Shown one piece after another: positions 36,997-49,180 of a stretch of 64,000 bases of DNA. A program made the translations under genes and the position numbers. The stretch comes from Eledone cirrhosa (taxonomy: Eukaryota): assembly GCA_964016885.1 (NCBI GenBank), contig OZ024741.1, positions 133,548,001 to 133,612,000 of the forward strand, in the 5' to 3' direction. Under the pieces are notes generated by a model, which searched no databases, was not told the origin of the DNA, and saw nothing but the letters and a program-made list of their open reading frames with translations. Within the stretch, counting starts at the first letter, position 1. Each line of letters starts with the position of its first letter.

Positions 36997-37037
<41 letters not shown>
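31018..37037 (+). mobile_element. Full-length Tx1/L1-clade LINE (copy 2): ORF1 ~31232-33332, ORF2 33368-36748, disrupted
   Basis: ORF1 with CFRCGSKTHLRAFC knuckle and Pro/Thr-rich tail; ORF2 APE (NARGL, SET, GDWN, SYLDR, TDH, GYWKLN), RT (YADD) and zinc finger; 3' CCCTTGTGGTTAATAAAGAAATC(ATT)n. Confidence 0.95.
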
Positions 37038-37039
37038 GT

Positions 37040-37437
37040 TATTACTCTTTGAGTCTCAGTCATTGATGTTAGTTAACTGGAAAGTTTGTTGAAATGAATA
37101 TCAAGCCACTACCTGCAGCCTCAGATATTCAGGACGTATCGGAGGGTTCTTGCTGTTCCCAGCAAGCATGCCTTTTGAAGCGTTCCAAAAAGCGTGAAGG
37201 GGCCAATTTTCTTTAACCATCCCTGGAAACTTTTTGAGATAGTCCCTAGTGCGCCTATGACAATCGGGATCACTTTGACTTCATGGCAGTTCCAAATCCT
37301 TTTTACCTCCCACTTTAAGTCCTGGTATCGGTTAATTTTCTTCCTCTCCTTCTCTTGCACTCTCGTGTCGAATGGGCAGGCCACATCCACAATCAGGCAC
37401 GATCTTTTTTCTTTGTCCACAACCACCAGGTCAGGTA
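37040..37437 (-). mobile_element. R4/Dong-type element 3' fragment (RLE domain and 3'UTR)
   Basis: PDLVVVD...DVACPFD...KINRYQDL...PIVIGALG...QKACLLGTARTLR; (TAA)n tail merges with the Tx1 tail. Confidence 0.9.
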
Positions 37438-37557
37438 TTCTTCTTCTTCTTCTTCTTCTTCTTCTTCTTCTTCTTCTTCTTCTTCTTCTTCTTCTTCTTC
37501 TTCTTCTTCTTCTTCTTCTTCTTCTTCTTCTTCTTCTTCTTCTTCTTCTTCTTCTTC
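37438..37557. repeat. Pure (TTC/GAA)n microsatellite, about 40 units
   Basis: Directly visible. Confidence 0.98.
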
Positions 37558-37577
37558 ATTTGGAGAAGCAGCAGCAC

Positions 37578-40500
37578 TGTAGCAGGAGTTGCCTTCCTTG
37601 TTGTGACACTCACATCACCAATAGATTAACGCTCTCTAGACAGGAAGTAGCTGGAGTTACTTCCCGTTGGTGGCAGAACCCTTTCTGTCACTTCCGTTCC
37701 AACCCTATAAAGGGAATAACTTTAAGCTCCCTATCTCTCATTTGCCCTTTCGGCTCCTGGACTTCGGCCAGGCGTCTACGTCCAGGCGCGTTCTCCTGGC
37801 AACCAAACGTAACTAATAACTTTGCTTCATTCTTTCATCTATTCATTGACATGTCAACTATACTGTTCTATATATCCACAAATTGTTAATTAAATATTAT
37901 ACACACAAACCACGTCTCTTGTTATATTCATACACACCAGTATTTTGCTATAAGTGGTGACCCCGAAAAAAGAAGGACGTAAGGCTATGGTTCGCCCAAC
38001 TCGAAGCATTTTTCAAGGCGAACAGAGTTGACGAGGAACTACAACGTCCTCTGGTCCTTAGTGCAATTCCGCCGGCAATTCTCCCAGCGATTAAGGACCT
38101 GGTGTTAGAGACACCCACAGACTCGACGTACACGTCTCTGAAGGCTGAAATACTCAGCCGGACAGAACAGTCTTCAGAAAAAAGATTTAGGGCTTTGGTC
38201 CATCTGGAGTATATAGGGGATGGCACCCCATCGAACCTCCTAAGGCGAATGAAGGACCTAACGGATGGGTCGGTAGCGGAAACTGCCCTGCTGAAGCAGT
38301 TGTTCTTATCGCGCCTGCCGACCAACGTACAGGTAATTTTGGCCCCCATGAGGGATACAAGCACGGTGGATCAGCTTGCCTCCTCTGCGGACAAAGTTTT
38401 CGAGGTGACGAATGCCGGAGGCAGCGACCCCCTTGCCGCTGTTCACCACCCAGCTCGGGCCACACTTGGCCATGCGATCTACGCGGCAGCGCCAATAGAC
38501 AGCTCAACCATTATGGCGATGCAAAAGTCCATTCAGGAACTCACCATAGAGCTCCACAAGATGAAGGCTTTGTGTAGTGCCCGTTCGTGCCCCCGCAGTC
38601 GCGGGAGATCGCAAAGTTTTAGACGTCGTTCTAAATCACCAGCTTCATCTTTATGCTGGTACCACGAGCGATTTGCTGAGAACGCGAATCACTGCGTGCA
38701 ACCTTGCTCCTTTCATAAGGCGGGAAACGCCTAAGAGGTCCGCTGATGGGGACAGTTGACCTCAACATAAAGCCACCAAACCGCCATTTCTTCATTAAGG
38801 ACCTAATGTCGGGAAGAGGTTTCCTCGTGGATACAGGAGCCTCCTGTAGTATTCGGCCGGTCCACATTGCCTGAAAGATACCCCCATAGAGTCATCTGTT
38901 ACGCTGCAGGCAGTTAACCACTCGTCTATAAAGACGTACGGGCAAATCTCGCTTCCTCTCAAATTCCTAAATCTTCGTAGGGATTTTAAGTGGATTTTTA
39001 CGGTTGCCGATTTGCCATACCCCATCTTAGGAGCGGATTTCCTACACAACTTCTCTTTAACTGTGGACGTCCGTGGCCAACGCCTGGTGGATAACATCAC
39101 CGGTTTTTCAATTCATGGCCAGGAAGCCAATGCTCCAATAGTCAGCTCCATATTTTTCATCGCTGCCGCTGGAGACGCCTACCATTCGTTGCTGGGTTCT
39201 TTCCCGGAGCTCATGGATGGAAATTTTCGAGTCACTGAGCCAACACACTCGACCGAACATTTCGTTTCCACCACCGGTGCTCCCGTGTTTTCGCGTCCAC
39301 GCCGCTTACCGATGGAAAATTAAAGGCAGCACGGTCCGAGTTCGACCATATGCTGCAGCTGGGCATTATTCGTCCATCTACGAGTCCTTGGGCTTCACCG
39401 TTACACATGGTGCCTAAGACTTCCGGCGACTGGAGACCCACTGGGGATTATAGGAGGTTAAATGCCATGACCGTCCCGGATAAGTATCCCATTCCCCATC
39501 TCCAGGATTTTGCATCTTCACTGCAGGGGTGTAAGATTTTTTCAAAGTTAGATTTAGTGCGAGCCTACCACCAAATTCCGGTCAGGAAGGAGGATATTCC
39601 GAAAACGGCGATTACAACCCCTTTCGGATCCTTCGAATTTTTGACCATGCCTTTCGGACTCAGGAACGCCGCTAGCACTTTTCAGCGGTTCATAGACGAG
39701 GTCACTCGTGGTCTAGACTTCGTTTATGCTTACATAGACGATATTCTCGTCGCTAGTTCCTCTCCGGAAGAGCATATGCGCCACATGCTTCTCTTATTTC
39801 GGCGACTTCAGGATTACCGCGTTCGTGTGAATCCAGCAAAGTGTGTTTTCGGTTCCACTTCCCTAAATTTTTTAGGCCACCTCATCGACGCCGAAGGTAT
39901 TAGGCCACTCCCTCAGCGAGTTCAAGCCATACAGGAGTTACCTTCGCCTACTACACTTCACCAGTTGCGTCACTTCTTAGGCCTAATCAATTTCTATAGG
40001 CGTTTCGTTCCTCATTGTGCTAATTTGCTATCTTCCCTTACTGACATTTAAAAAAATCGTCGTAAGAAGAATGAGGATATTTCCTTGACACAAGGACAGC
40101 TTCAAGACTTCCAGACTTCCAACACAGTACTCGCTAGTTCATCTTTGCTAGCCCACCCGGTACCAGAGGCCAAGCTTTCGCTTTGTGTTGATGCATCTGA
40201 TACCGCTGTGGGAGCAGTTTTACAGCAGTCCTACGCTGAAAACCAACAACCTTTGGCATTTTTCTCGAGGAAGCTGAAACCAGCAGAAACGCGTTATAGC
40301 ACGTTTGGGCGGGAATTATTAGCCATATATCTGTCGGTGAAACATTTCTCTCATATTCTTGAGGGGAGAAATTTTACAGTTTTTACAGACCACAAACCGT
40401 TGACCTTCGCTTTGAGGGCCAAAGCCGACAGATATTCGCCCAGAGAGACAAGGCACCTGGACTACGTTTCACAATTTACAAACGATATCCAGCACATTGC

Positions 40501-43256
40501 CGGCTCGCACAACATAGCTGCAGACGCATTGTTACGTTTGCCAATCAGCTCCATCTCGTCATCCCAGGAGATCGACTTAGGTCGTTTAGCTGCAGACCAA
40601 CCTGCACTCCAATCGTTGGACACTCTTTCTGCTGAATTTGCGACTTGCATTTTCAAATATCTGCCCTTGTCCACCACCGACAGGCAGATTCTATGTGATG
40701 TATCTATGGATTCACCACGACCACTTGTTCCTGAGACTCACCGTCGAATTGTGTTCCTGGCTTTGCACAACATTTCTCACCCAGCATCTGCTGCCACAGT
40801 AAAGCTCATAACAGCCAGATTCTTCTGGCCAAATATGAGGCACGACATTGCTGCTTGGTGCCGTTCCTGCATCGCTTGCCAGAAATCGAAAATTCATAGA
40901 CACATCCGGACTCCACTTGGTACTTTCAGTACTCCTGATGCTCGGTTTCAGCACATACATATTGACCTCGTTGGACCTTGGCCATTCAGCAGTGGATATT
41001 CATACATATTGACCTGTGTCGATCGTTTTTCGCGATGGCCTGAAGCCATCCCATTACAAGACATGACTGCTGAGACTGTAGCACGTGCCCTGGTATCAGG
41101 GTGGATTACCCGCTTTGAGGTACCAACTACAGTCACCACAGACCGTGGTAGACAATTCGAGTCCCATCTCTTCTCTGAGCTCACAAAGATAATTGGAGCT
41201 CAACGGATTCGGACCACAGCCTATGATCCTGCTTCAAATGGAATGGTGGAACGATTCCACCGCCAATTAAAGGCCGCTCTTCGCGCCTATCCAGACTCTC
41301 AACGTTGGAGCGAGTACCTTCCTATTGTGTTGTTAGGAATTCGGTCATCAATAAAGGAGGACCTTGGGTTCTCCCCGGCCGAATTACTTTACGGTGCTCC
41401 TCTAGCGTTGCCTGGGCAAATGCCTGCCCCTGTTGATCTTGCTTTCAAAGACCCGCTTTCCTACGTATCCCGTCTGCGTTCTTATTTTCAGGACCTGCCG
41501 CCGATGGATACGAGGAAACAAACTGTAAAACCTGCGGTCCCGAGGGATATTGCCTCGTGGACCCATGTGTTCGTAAGGAACAATGCTGTGAGATCACCCC
41601 TCACACAACCATACTCTGGACCCTACCGTGTGTTAGCACGTACTGACAAACATTTCACTGTAGACGTTAAGGGGTCCAGAGAGACAATTTCGGTGGATAG
41701 ACTAAAAAGGGCACACAATGACGCTCATACACCCGAGCCACAAATACCCCAATCTTTCTCTCTTGTGCATACACCTGCTCCTTCTTCCCCACCTTCACCT
41801 ACATACAAGACTACGACCCGTTCCGGTCGGAGAGTCCACTGGCCCAAAAAGTTCTGCCAAACTATTTTTATGTGAACTGGCCACTGGAGCCTTATTTTTT
41901 TTTTGCTGTTCTTGTTATTTATTCTTTATTGTAATACTATGTACCTCTCATTACCATTTCACTGGATGTATATATATGTTTTTCGTTTCTTCTTACAACG
42001 AACATTTTAAAAGAAAAAAAAAAAGAAATTTGATTTTTTTTTACACATGAACACTTATTTTCGCTGAATCTCAACTATTGCTTATTCTTTCCACCAAGCT
42101 ATATTCTTCTATTTGACGGTTTAAAAATATACCACGTAAATTTGCCGTTGAAAATTGCGCATTTATTCAGAATGCTTATTTATTTGGTCGCTGGCCTCTT
42201 GACCCTTCCAGGTCAACGCATTCTCAACATCGACCATCAACTTCGGCTGTTATTTCTAGCACTTTGCGCAACTCATTTTTTCTGAAAAATTTTTTTTACT
42301 GTGAATTTAAACACCGAATACATCAACAGCAACACAGCTTCATCAACAACCAAAACCAGCAGAACAAGCCAGAGAATTTATTTTTGCAGCACTCTTCCTG
42401 TGAGAAAATCCATTCGGAGGTTGGAAATTTCACGTTATACCACAGAACAGAAACCACCTGCATTCATTCTCTGGAACACACTTTCTTTCCTGCTGTCATG
42501 TGATTGCACACCTGTGAACTGTATTTTGAACATTTGAACTTTGAGCTCTTCTCTTACTTTGATTACATTGTATCTTTGGGTGATGGATAGATAGATGTCC
42601 AGTCGTTCTCTGGCCAAGAGCGGTTGGCTACCTTGATATCTATCATTGATTTTTGCATGCATATATTTTGTTGTTTTCCTATTATTGCAAACATTATTTT
42701 TTCTCATAATTTTCATGCCACTTACATGCTCGCCATCTTACTCCATACATGTTTCATTCGATTTTTATGTTTTAAAAATCTGGCGGGAGATAATGTAGCA
42801 AGAGTTTCCTCCCTTGTCATGACAATCTCATCACCGCTCTCTAGACAGGAAGTAGCTGGAGTTACTTCCCTTTGGGGTGATAGAACCCTTTTGGTCACTT
42901 CCGGTCGGACCCTATAAAAGGAAGAGGTTAGGACGATCTCTCTTTCTCGCCTCCTGAATCCCAAAGTGGCAACAACACCTGCGACCTTATCATGAGATGA
43001 CTCCTCTCTCATTTTCCTTCGCCACTCAAGAAGAATGCCACCGGCAGCCTAAGAACCTAAGAAGATGTTAACACCTCCAAGAGAAGATCTCTCCTTTTCT
43101 CCACACACTTCAGCCTAGGAGTTGTGATCCACGGGTAATGATTCATTTATATTAATCCCTTTGACTTCTATGAAGTAAAAACCTTGTCACAACACACACC
43201 GGCATTTATTGTCTTTTCTAATAATTTTATATGTACACCGATACTAATCTCCTAAA
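37578..43256 (+). mobile_element. Ty3/Gypsy LTR retrotransposon, CsRn1-like clade
   Basis: LTRs 37578-37952 and 42794-43256 (both start TGTAGC); 4-bp TSD GCAC; PBS TGGTGACCCCG (tRNA-Trp type) 37955-37965; gag with CWYH-x9-C-x3-C; protease LVDTGA; RT YIDD; RNase H DAS; integrase HIDLVGP, TTDRG, NGMVER, GPY; PPT 42782-42793; frameshifts and stops. Confidence 0.95.
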
Positions 43257-43260
43257 GCAC

Positions 43261-45960
43261 AAATACCAAATTGAAGACAGCGAGTTTGGCTTTACACCTA
43301 TTTCCCTTCTTCTGATTACTGAATGCTTGAGCTGCCACATTCCTGTGCCAGCTTTTGCAATTCTTGCACAGCCTCCTCCCACCCATCACTGGTACTTGAA
43401 CTTCTCTACCTGTTTCAGTGAAACTCCATTCACATGTAGCGTGGATTGCGCATGTTTCCTTGAGAGGACGAGTGTCTCAGTTTTTGTAGCACTGTTTATC
43501 ATTCCAGCCATGCAGCACTCGACATCAAACCTATCAAGTGCATGTCGAAGATCGTCTTCTGTCGAATTGAGTAACATCATGTCATCTGCAAATTCCAGCC
43601 GACTAATTTTACACCTCCCAGTCATGACACCACTTCCATCCCGGCTGCACATGTCAATCTTGTTCATGAAAATAATGAACAGGAGAGGTGATAGTATGCA
43701 CACTTGGCGGAGTCTGAGTCCCAGATTGAATGGTTTCGATTTAGCACCATTTATCCAAACACAAATACTCGGGCATTCGTATTGAGACATCAGGGCAGGA
43801 AGAAGCTGACCATCTATCCCATACTCCTGCACAACCTTCCAGAGCAGGTCCCGAGGAACGCGGTCATATGCTTTCTCAAGGTTGACAAAACAAGAATATA
43901 TTTCTTAGCAATACTCCTACGATTTCTAGATCTGCCGCAGTGTGAATATTTGGTCGGCTGTGCTGCATCTAGCGCGAAAACCACAATGTTCATCAACTAG
44001 CTTGAATTCGACAATCTTCCTGCATCTCTTTGACAGACACTTGGCATAGATTTTACCGGGGAGGCTTAACAAGGAGATCCCTCTATAATTGGAAAAATCT
44101 CTCTCGTCTCCCTTTTTGAAAATTGGGATATCACTCCCAATTACCATTGCTTAGGTGCCCTTCTAGAGATCCAAACCACCCGGCACACACGAGTTAGTCA
44201 CAGAATATCTTCTCTATTTAAGGCTTTTAACATCTCGAGCTGGATTTGAGCTCTTTGACTGCTCTTGCAACCTCAGCCTCTGAGAGATTAGTCACCGCTC
44301 CAAGATGCTCCTCTTGTACATCCGGAGATGCTGTTGTGTTCGGGTTTAGGAGATCAGCAAAGTATTCTTTCCACCTCACGAGGATGCACCTCTCTGAAAA
44401 GAGGAGAACCCCAGACGCGTTCTTGATAGCAGGTGTGGAGGAGGGCTTCTTATTACGAAGTCGGCGGATGGTCTGCCAGAACACTTTATTTGCTGATCTG
44501 AAATCGGATTCCAGCTTAATCTCAAAGTCCTCCCATGTCTTAACTTTGGATGCCTCTACTGTCTCTGCTGCGATTTTTCGTGTCTGCTTGTACCGCAATT
44601 GCAAGAAGGAAGACTTATTCCCAAACAAGCTTTGTAAACCTCCTTCTTTGCTCGGATGGCATTTTGTACCTCTTGATTGAACCAAGGAGTCTTCCTGCCA
44701 TTCGGTGCCAAACCAAGCCTCTTTTGCTCGCAGCAATTAACAGCTGAAACAGAAACTGCTGTGCTGAACAATCTCCACACCGTCTCAACGCCCTCAGTTC
44801 GTTCAGGGAGTTCTCTGAATTTGGATGCAATAGTATCTGCATACTTGGTACTGACTTCCTTATCCACCAATGCTTCCCACTTTATCCTGTAGGTTGCTCT
44901 GGACCTGCCAGCTTTGTGGGGTTTTTTGGCTTTAGGTAGTCTCAAGTTGCAGATAACTAGATGGCGCTCAGTCGACAGCTCAGCCCTTCTCTTAACACAT
45001 ACAGCCAGCCACAGAATCATTGAGATCAGAGACCATTATACCATGTATATTTATGGATGTCTCTGTGCTGGAAGGTGTTCATAATAGAGAGTATCCCCAC
45101 TCCCACCTGTGCGGTCATTTCTGGCGCCTCACCTAAATAGTGGAGTTTCCATCCTCCATCCAAAACTAGTGTCAGAGCCACGGAACTTTGTTGAGGAAAC
45201 CCCGACTACCCCTAGCTGATGGCGTCTAGCCTCCTGCACTAGTTTCTGTTCCCTACTTGTGAGGGTTGTGATGTTCCAGGTTCCATCTGTTATGGTTTAC
45301 TCCCTTCCGGACCCCTTTTGGGGTCTCGGGATACGCAACTTTGTGCGTCCATCCCACGCCTCCCAGGCCCATCGCCAATTTTTGCGGCATGTAATGGAGA
45401 CTGCAATATATTTGTCAAAGAGGCTCCTCTACCTAAGGCCTGGACACGTCCCTTGTTAACCCGCATGAAGGACGGTGGAGTATGGTTTTTCTTTGTTTTC
45501 CTCATCATATTGCAGTTTGAGTGATCTTATTCGCGCCAGTCACCAATCTGGTACTTTGTCAAACCCGCAAAGACGAGGCTTATTTAAAGGTGGTCTTTAC
45601 TGACCTCGTCATAGCTACATCACTGGGTCGGAGAGTTTTCACCCATTGCTCTATCTCCCCTAGTAGTTTATCGCTGTTGGTCAGAGGTTGCTTATTCGTT
45701 TGGCAATTGCCTGCTTATGTCGCAACTAGCCACCAAATCTGGTGGCCGTATTGCTATCCATCACCTGCGACCCGTTCTCTAGCAGAACAGCTCTATCGAG
45801 AGCTCTATCAAGACTACACTCTATATTTGAATTTTGCTCTGAAAACAACTACCTGCGTTTATATACAATCCTCGCTGTCCTTTCCTTTTTCTCACTTGCA
45901 TATCAGCATCTCTTTACCATATATCAGCATCTCTTTACCATACCTCTAAATTCATCTTCT
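43261..45960 (-). mobile_element. RTE-clade (Rex3/Expander-like) LINE, degenerate, cut at its 3' part by the Gypsy
   Basis: RWKEYFADLLN, NYRGISLLSLPGKIY, DQIFTLRQI, LSPLLFIIFM, FADD, QVEKFKY; APE largely deleted; 5' boundary uncertain. Confidence 0.88.
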
Positions 45961-46734
45961 ATCTAAACTACTTAAACAGAATTTATTTTAAAGAAATTTT
46001 AGAACTGCACAAATTTTTGAGGCAGGTGACATCACCCAATGTTTAATATTCCCTGATTTTATGAAGCTTTTGTAATGTAATGGCTATTTTTGACATTTTC
46101 TGAGTGTTTTAAATCTTTCAAATATCATTTATCATGTAAACACATGTAGTATTTGATAGGAAATGTAAACTTACTGCACAAAATTAGATTTAGAATTGCA
46201 CAAGCAGGGATAAACTGCACATTAAAATAATCACTGCCATGTGGGAAATATTAGAAATCGATATAACAACAATAAACAGACAAAAGACAAAAGACAAATA
46301 TACCTTTATATCACGAATAATTTAGTAAGATAAATCAGAGAAGAATATTTTGAAATTTATTAAGATTTATATGTTTATTACTTTTTTTTTTTTACAATAT
46401 AATCACTGAATTAAAAGGTGAAAAGAAACAAATAAATCTTACCCAAATGATACTATTAAAATTTTGATAATAGAAACACACGAACCTGTCATGGGTGAAT
46501 GAATTTTTCAGAATTTAGAAAAGACGGAAATAAAATGAGCTTGAGAGGAAAAGAAAAGCATAGACAGACAATTATCTAGGTAGTTAGAGTGGTATATAAA
46601 TGGATTATTATTAACACTATTATTATTGGCCTTGTTTGACTTTGCCTTTCATCCTTACGGGGTCGATAAAATAAAGTACCAGTAATGCACTGGGTAATTG
46701 CTGGCCTTGTGCCTAAAGTAGAAACAATTATTAT

Positions 46735-47593
46735 TTTTATTGTTTCTTCGCTCAGCTTCTAACGCTGGAGATGTATTACAGTGTTAGCTGTTCACTACCA
46801 GTGAACTGAGGTAACACCCCTTATCTCAGCTTCTAACAGTGGAGATGTATTACAGTGTTAGCTGTTCACTACCAGTGAACTGAGGTAACACCCCTTATCT
46901 CAGCTTCTAACAGTGGAGATGTATTACAGTGTTAGCTGTTCACTACCAGTGAACTGAGGTAACGCCCCTTATCTCAGCTTCTAACAGTGGAGATGTATTA
47001 CAGTGTTAGCTGTTCACTACCAGTGAACTGAGGTAACACCCCTTATCTCAGCTTCTAACGCTGGAGATGTATTACAGTGTTAGCTGTTCACTACCAGTGA
47101 ACTGAGGTAACACCCCTTATCTCAGCTTCTAACAGTGGAGATGTATTACAGTGTTAGCTGTTCACTACCAGTGAACTGAGGTAACACCCCTTATCTCAGC
47201 TTCTAACAGTGGAGATGTATTACAGTGTTAGCTGTTCACTACCAGTGAACTGAGGTAACACCCCTTATCTCAGCTTCTAACAGTGGAGATGTATTACAGT
47301 GTTAGCTGTTCACTACCAGTGAACTGAGGTAACACCCCTTATCTCAGCTTCTAACAGTGGAGATGTATTACAGTGTTAGCTGTTCACTACCAGGGAACTG
47401 AGGTAACACCCCTTATCTCAGCTTCTAACAGTGGAGATGTATTACAGTGTTAGCTGTTCACTACCAGGGAACTGAAGTAATATCCTTTATTTTTCGAGTA
47501 CACTCGGAATATTCGAGCTGTTCCAAGCAATGCTGTTTTTTGTAAGTGTTCCATTCGTATTGCAATCCCTATTTGTTCGATGTACTTCTCAAG
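46735..47593 (-). mobile_element. R4/Dong-type 3' fragment whose 3'UTR is tandemly amplified
   Basis: Minus strand 47593-47490 reads LEKYIEQIGIAIRMEHLQKTALLGTARIFR, then the 74-bp unit, then GAAGAAACAATAAAAATAATAA. Confidence 0.8.
46751..47490. repeat. 74-bp tandem array, 10 near-identical copies
   Basis: CTCAGC unit starts at 46751, 46825, 46899 and so on to 47417. Confidence 0.98.
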
Positions 47594-48140
47594 GATGGAT
47601 CCGGCTATCGACTAAGTCCATAATGACGATATCCCCCGCTGCTTTCTTGTGGCCGGGGAGGGCAGGCAGTTTTATTTTGTCTGGTGAAAGAGGTTGTGTG
47701 GTAGCCCAGGTTGAAAGGGCTGAAGACAGACACTTTTCTCTTTACCCAATCCCTCATCAACTTTTTCAAGTTTCACTTGGATAGGAAGGTGAGGGTGGAG
47801 AGAGAAGTGCTTCACCCCAGTATATTTGCTAAAAGGTGGGTGAATGTGGCAAGAATGGCCCGTGTGAATGGGCCTACTCTGAGCATGCGCTTATAGGCTG
47901 GTTAATTTGAGGAGGAGAGGGTGTCCTTTATGGGTGCCCTCGAAGCGTCAGGTGATTCAGGATTGGTGGGGTACCTGAGTGACCCCTGGGTGGTTCCCCC
48001 TATTGGGGAATGTAATTTGTTATAAATTTTATTGTTATTTTGTTATTGTTATTTATATTGTTTACACGTTGGTATATGTAAAAACCCCATTGTCCCCTAT
48101 TTGTCGGCCCTTGTGGCCAATAAATAAAATAATAATAATA
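47594..48140 (+). mobile_element. Tx1-clade 3' fragment (copy 3, different 3'UTR variant)
   Basis: GLKTDTFLFTQSLINFFKFHLDRKVRVER...ARVNGPTLSMRL is homologous to the C-termini of copies 1 and 2; ends GCCCTTGTGGCCAATAAA(AAT)n. Confidence 0.9.
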
Positions 48141-48373
48141 CTCAAATAATAATAATAATAATAATAGTAATAATTGTTTATACTTTAGGCACAATGCCAG
48201 CAATTACTCAGTGCATTACTGGTACTTTATTTTATCGACCCCGTAAGGATGAAAGGCAAAGTTAACCTTGGCGGGATTTGAACTCAGATTGTAAAGGGAC
48301 GTAACTATGCTGGAAAGCATGGCATCCGACCCTCCACCGATACTGCCAATCCACTGCACTAATAATAATAATA

Positions 48374-48403
<30 letters not shown>

Positions 48404-48404
<1 letters not shown>

Positions 48405-48760
48405 TTGTGGATGTGGCCTGCCCATTCGACACGAGAGTGCAAGGGAAGGAGAGGGAGAAAATTAACCGATACCAGGACTTAAAGTGGGAGGTAAAAATGA
48501 TTTGGAACTGCCATGAAGTCATAGATTGTCATAGGCGCACTAGGTACTACCTCAAAAGGTTTTCAGGGATGGTTAAAGAAAATTGACCCCGCTACTCTTT
48601 TTGGAACGCTTCAAAAGGCATGCTTGCTGGGAACAGCAAGAACCCTCCGATACGTCCTGAATATCTGAGGCTGCAGGTAGTCGCTTGATATTCATTTCAA
48701 CAAACTTTCCAGTTAACTAACATCAATGACTGAGACTCAAAGAACAGTAATAATAATAAT
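48404..48760 (+). mobile_element. R4/Dong-type 3' fragment in (AAT)n, near-identical to 37045-37392 but inverted
   Basis: GTGGATGTGGCCTGCCCATTCGACACGAGAGTGCAAG...CATCAATGACTGAGACTCAAAG shared; (AAT)n on both flanks. Confidence 0.9.
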
Positions 48761-48879
48761 TATTATTATTTGAGTGTTGATTGAGGGTGCCTGATTGGCA
48801 GAATTGTTAGAGAGTGAGGGAGTGAGAGCGAGCGAGAAAAAGAATGACACAGTAACAAAAGTTCCAAAGCATAAGAAGA

Positions 48880-49180
48880 GTTGCATTATTTAAATTGAAC
48901 CATGGTCATAGGTGAGCTCTTCATTGCTTTAAGTTGAGCCATGGTTGTAAATGCATTATTTTCTACGTTGGTCCATGTTGGTAAGTGAAACCTTCATTTT
49001 TTAAGCTGAGCCATGGTAGTAAATGAACTCTTTACTGTCGAAGTTGACCCATGGTTGTAAGTGAATTTTTCATTATTTTACGTTGAGCTATTGGCGTAAT
49101 TGAACTCTATTTTCTAAATTGAATCGTCGAAAGTAAATTCTTCATTGTCTAATTTGAGCCACGGTCGTAAATGAACTCTT
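48880..49180. repeat. Degenerate ~39-bp tandem repeat
   Basis: Repeated AAGTTGAGCCATGGTTGTAAATGAACTCTTCATT-like unit. Confidence 0.7.

Noticed and set aside
37194-37889. 231-aa poly-Leu ORF and overlapping poly-Ser/Phe/Lys ORFs
   Set aside because: Translations of the (TTC)n microsatellite, the antisense R4 fragment and the LTR.
41876-42781. env or accessory gene in the Gypsy 3' region
   Set aside because: Only short ORFs with no recognisable features.
46751-47490. CRISPR array or hammerhead ribozyme array
   Set aside because: No unique spacers, no cas genes, eukaryotic context, and no CUGANGA/GAAA core on either strand; the unit is a LINE 3'UTR.
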